From the NCBI GenBank assembly GCA_045586015.1, contig JAZMZP010000013.1, positions 2,374 to 66,373 on the forward strand: a stretch of 64,000 nucleotides of DNA, given 5' to 3'. Every line of letters starts with the position of its first letter. Position 1 is the stretch's first letter. The translations under genes were made by a program, and so were the position numbers. Shown piece by piece: positions 62,501-64,000 of the stretch. This DNA comes from Candidatus Nanosyncoccus sp. (GTDB lineage Bacteria; Patescibacteriota; Saccharimonadia; Saccharimonadales; Saccharimonadaceae). The notes under the pieces are model-generated. The model had not been told where the DNA came from. It ran no database searches and saw only the letters and a program-made list of their open reading frames with translations.

Positions 62501-64000
62501 CAGGACCAGCACTAATAGTAACTACATAAAGATCTGTAAAATGAGCATATAGTGTATCGCCAGCAACCGCATCAGTATTAGTTGTAGTTCTAATCCATTT
62601 TCCACCATCAACCCAGTTAGTAGCAGACGTTACGAGGTTCCCGCTTTCATTAATAACTTGGGTTCCGTTAGTAGCCGCAGTCCACCAACCCGCAAAGGTT
62701 TTACCAGCAGGCGGAGTCACCGAAGGGATTGCCTTAGCGGTTGTTCCCGTACGTGAAGAATAAGTCGCACTATTATCATAAGCTACATAGACCGGGCTAG
62801 TTCCGCTCAAAGTCCCACCATTAGCGTTAAAGTTGACCCTAGAATTATAGCGATACACGGTAGTCCTACCGCCAGTCCCAGTTCCAGTCCCCGAAGTACA
62901 AGTAGATGTAATAGAGCTATCAGTTTTATCAGTTACAGTCACCCTTACACCATAATATCTTGTGTTGTAAAATGCATTCTTAGCTACATCATAAGTATTA
63001 CCAGCTTGTGCAGTACTAAAACCACTTAATGTCCCAGTAGTTGAAGTAGCATAACCGAACGAATATGTAACATTTGCACTACTCGTATCATAGCTAGACG
63101 AAACATTTGTTGCAGTAAGGGTTGTCGCTGCATAATTATAAACTTTAGTATCACCGCCCGAAATACCACAAGTAGGAGTATTAAGCCCAGTTGCCTTAAA
63201 TGTAATAGTACCAACACCAGAACCTACTGTAAATGTAGAACCACTCAAAGTACCACTACCACTAGTCTTTGAATATGTACTACCGGTATAACCAATCTTA
63301 TTAGCCGCAGTAATCGTAGAAAGATCAATTGTCTCGCCAGCCGCAAATTCTTTAGTAAGTGTTCCAGTTCCAGTTCCAGTCCAACCTGAGGCGGTAAGTG
63401 ATGAAATACCAGACGTCGCATTGATGGTTATCGTGTATAAATCAATAAATTGTGCGTATAGATTATCAGTAGTTGCAGCATCAGAATTTGTAGAAGTTCT
63501 TACCCATTTCCCGTCTTCAAGCCAATTAGTAGCAGAGTTTACTAGATTTCCACTCTCATCAATAACTTGTACTCCACCGCTTGCCGCAGTCCACCAACCG
63601 TTAAATCTCTTACCAGAAGCAGGCGTTACGGTAGGGATAGAACCAGCAGTAGCAGCCGTACGAGAATTATATACAGCACTATTATCGTAAGCTACATATA
63701 TCGGGTTCGTGCCACTGATAGTACCACTACTCGTGACGAAATTAATTCTAGAATTAACTCTTACTACAGTAGCCCTATTCGAGGTTCCAGTCCCAGAAGT
63801 ACAAGTAGATGTAATAGAGCTATCAGTTTTATCAGTTACGGTCACCCTTACTCCATAATATCTTGTATTATAGAATGCATCCTTAACTACATCATAAGTA
63901 TTACCAGCTTGTGCAGTACTAAAGTTACCAAGAGTATTAGAAGCGGAAGAAGCATATCCGAACGAATAAGTAATATTTGCACTACTCGTATCATAACTAG
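56529..64000 (-). CDS. giant surface protein, 5'-truncated by the window (>2490 aa): at least 6 tandem ~305-aa units, InlB-B-type repeat, FISUMP domain, conserved C-terminal domain
   Basis: The frame stays open from 63845 to the window edge; the track's M is the V of the repeated RVTVTDKTDSS motif. FISUMP motifs KDARDNQVYAVAKYADGNYWMIENL, YGNYYNWPAA, CPAGWRLP, YWSST, DSVRCMAG. Confidence 0.9.
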   Translation of the reverse strand, partial: SYDTSSANITYSFGYASSASNTLGNFSTAQAGNTYDVVKDAFYNTRYYGVRVTVTDKTDSSITSTCTSGTGTSNRATVVRVNSRINFVTSSGTISGTNPIYVAYDNSAVYNSRTAATAGSIPTVTPASGKRFNGWWTAASGGVQVIDESGNLVNSATNWLEDGKWVRTSTNSDAATTDNLYAQFIDLYTITINATSGISSLTASGWTGTGTGTLTKEFAAGETIDLSTITAANKIGYTGSTYSKTSGSGTLSGSTFTVGSGVGTITFKATGLNTPTCGISGGDTKVYNYAATTLTATNVSSSYDTSSANVTYSFGYATSTTGTLSGFSTAQAGNTYDVAKNAFYNTRYYGVRVTVTDKTDSSITSTCTSGTGTGTGGRTTVYRYNSRVNFNANGGTLSGTSPVYVAYDNSATYSSRTGTTAKAIPSVTPPAGKTFAGWWTAATNGTQVINESGNLVTSATNWVDGGKWIRTTTNTDAVAGDTLYAHFTDLYVVTISAGPGISSLTASDWTGSGTGTLTREFEAGQTIDLSTITVTDKTGYTGSSYSKTSGSGTLSGSTFTVGEGAATITFKATGLNTPVCTIQGGDTKVYNYAATTLTATSNASNFDTSSADITYSFGYATSTTATLGNFSTAQASNTYDVAKDAFYNVRYYGVKVTVTDKTDSSLTSACTSGTGSNTGTTVANRTTVSRYNSRINFNANGGTLSGTSPVYVAFENSATYSSRTATTTRAIPTVTAPAGKKFDGWYTTQSTGGYQVINASGSIVGPVDGWTNGNGQWILTSTTDNTTVNTLYARYVNTYTITINAGAGISTLTASGWTGTGTGTLTKEFAAGETIDLSTITAADKTGYTGSSYSKTSGSGTFSAPTFTVGSGAGTITFKATGLNTPTCTISGGDTKVYNYAATNLTATNVSSSYDTNSADITYSFGYNTSATGTLGNFSTAQAGNTYDVAKDAFYDTRYYGVKVTVTDKTDSSITSTCTSGTGATNRTAVYRYNSRVNFNANGGTLSHSNPVYVAYGKNQAYSSRTATTLRGIPDVTAPAGKKFNGWWTAASGGAQVIDPFWDFAASSIPDWVENGNWARTTTNANAVAGDTLYAQFINVYTITINAGAGISTLTASGWTGSGTGTLTKEFAAGETIDLSTITVADKTGYTGSSYSKTSGSGTLSGSTFTVGSGAGTITFKATGLNTPTCKMTGGDTQVYAYVPTTITATDNSSNYDSSSVDITYSFGYASSASGTLVDFSSTQDENTYNVTRGAFRGTRYYGVTVTVTDKTDSSITTTCTSGTGTATGSTVANRTTVTKVNARVNFNANGGSGGGYSYVSYTSANVYVSRTSGVVSSLPTVTPPSGNAFNGWWTDPTNGTQVIDKDGNIQSSVSGWTNASGQWILTNTTDNNSVNVLYAHYVPTHQIEIIPRVGIASISASGWTVTGTGSLVKEFVEGETIDLSTIIPTYKTGYSGVAYLKATGRGELNGSIFTVGNGLAAIEISATGINTPTCEIKGGDTKVYNYTDTKLTAMDVSSSYDTSSVSIVYEFGYATSLSGALANFTQSSSTPKNEFYVAKNAFRGERIYGVRVTVTDNTDSSITSTCTSTGGLVNSGDSYAARTIMRLYNARINFNPNGGTLSHSNPVYVSYEDSNTYSSRTGFSTRNIPTVTPPTGKVFAGWYLAPEQGQPKVIDDDGSMVTVSGWVNESGQWILTSTLDNSNANTLYAQYRDLPCGATGVICYDDNGANSSTTMGNQSVASSATSVNLWASNFQRSGYGFAGWNTEPDGSGTMYGPNATIDDETTLDIINNDSLKLYAMWVEPAKDSSNNVLTFQTNNLLTVTLNDNSTLDSKPVGYVTALKDARDNQVYAVAKYADGNYWMIENLRLEAAGTTGSTNQALSQGYGGVFTGLANAENANFAEVTTANSKYSTSNVTGDNQAYRIPRYNNVNTQSTVSEMTDPDQNVYSYGNYYNWPAATANTTNTLYPYDSESTGTSICPAGWRLPTGGEKEKIESSGSDYYNLSYILAGAAPTGFNSDNEWLYTDDNLAGEGSNLSKALRAYPYNFVYSGRFDGSSAHDRGLVNNYWSSTKHLSGSGHRFAFRDTYVFPATTENYTYRGDSVRCMAGQVLYNNVAKQSKGTQTSANLQANITKSNSGVYEYNSSVFGAATDAANNYKIYYYRGILDNTTGTYGSNGDGAAYPNYVRLGNTCWRIVRTTGSGGTKMIYNGNWTGSTCANATTSAQVSTSAFNGSDDTTSRQWVRVGYTYRSGYASTSTTSRTLGNTFGTNTSFANNSANSTIKSYIEGTWFTGANGVSAYQSILEPSAGYCNDRTVYSNTTPYTLQGDSVSVAQYATSATRYNFGALVRNVNTAQVPSLGCPRSTADLYTTSAASNGNKQLTRAAALLTADEASFAGSGNRIAAENGSDYDPNSFLNSGSEFILLSPYYRATTGIANVFEINTDGAMTYISTGTTTTGVRPVISLKPGTATAIGSGTATDPWIIKAP
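58870..64000 (-). repeat. tandem coding repeats, period 906-924 bp, at least 5 full units plus a partial one
   Basis: The marker ccagtcca(a/g)(c/t)cc recurs at 59722, 60637, 61543, 62467 and 63376. A 60-nt identical run occurs at 60508-60567 and 61414-61473. One further diverged unit lies in the neighbouring gene (marker at 54490). Confidence 0.9.

Noticed and set aside
58870-64000. Regularly spaced repeats considered as a possible CRISPR array.
   Set aside because: The period is ~0.9 kb, the units are diverged and lie entirely within one open reading frame, and there is no short-repeat/spacer structure and no cas gene. I saw no CRISPR-like array anywhere in the window.

Overview
A+T-rich, gene-dense bacterial chromosome segment, mostly transcribed on the minus strand. 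It reads as standard code 11: an intact RF2 gene is present and TGA is used as a stop. The content suggests a reduced-genome, Gram-positive-type organism, possibly a CPR/Patescibacteria (Saccharibacteria-like) epibiont; this is inference only. Supporting points are a nucleotide-salvage block (dCMP deaminase, ung, tdk, tmk), no de novo biosynthesis genes, Lys-rich tails on ribosomal proteins and SecA, and about 30% of the window spent on four huge surface proteins. Recognisable content: a glycosyltransferase/acetyltransferase operon (118-2879); a 1901-aa vWA + CnaB/pilin-type adhesin with an LPXTG-like tail (3352-9057); three paralogous surface proteins carrying the Fibrobacter-succinogenes-major-paralogous (FISUMP, TIGR02145-like) lectin-type domain (9229-10845, 52415-56398, 56529->64000), the last built from ~0.9-kb tandem coding repeats; a truncated S10/spc ribosomal cluster (rplC..rpsH, 11033-17519) with no rpsJ, rpmC or rplF onward; prfB; a ~6.6-kb island of nine orphan genes (18781-25409), each with its own near-consensus promoter and hairpin terminator; then housekeeping genes (dus, murD, M16 peptidase, secA, hpf, serS, mnmA, cysteine desulfurase, DUF1846, tatD, typA, cutinase-vWA fusion, ABC exporter pair, UPF0104, AI-2E, queH). 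Most notable observations: (1) TGnTATAAT-N6-ATG recurs at nine genes, implying leaderless mRNAs, including a perfect 20-bp palindrome that holds both start codons and both -10 boxes of divergent ung and tdk. (2) G+C-rich and palindromic elements sit in-frame inside mnmA (twice) and the cysteine desulfurase gene, with a weaker case in tatD; this resembles Rickettsia palindromic elements. (3) The orphan island has duplicated bidirectional promoter cassettes and a standalone RNA-polymerase alpha-CTD-like protein. (4) The modular, recombination-prone giant surface-protein family. I found no tRNA, rRNA, CRISPR, transposase or integrase. All functional calls come from motif recognition by eye; nothing was searched against databases.
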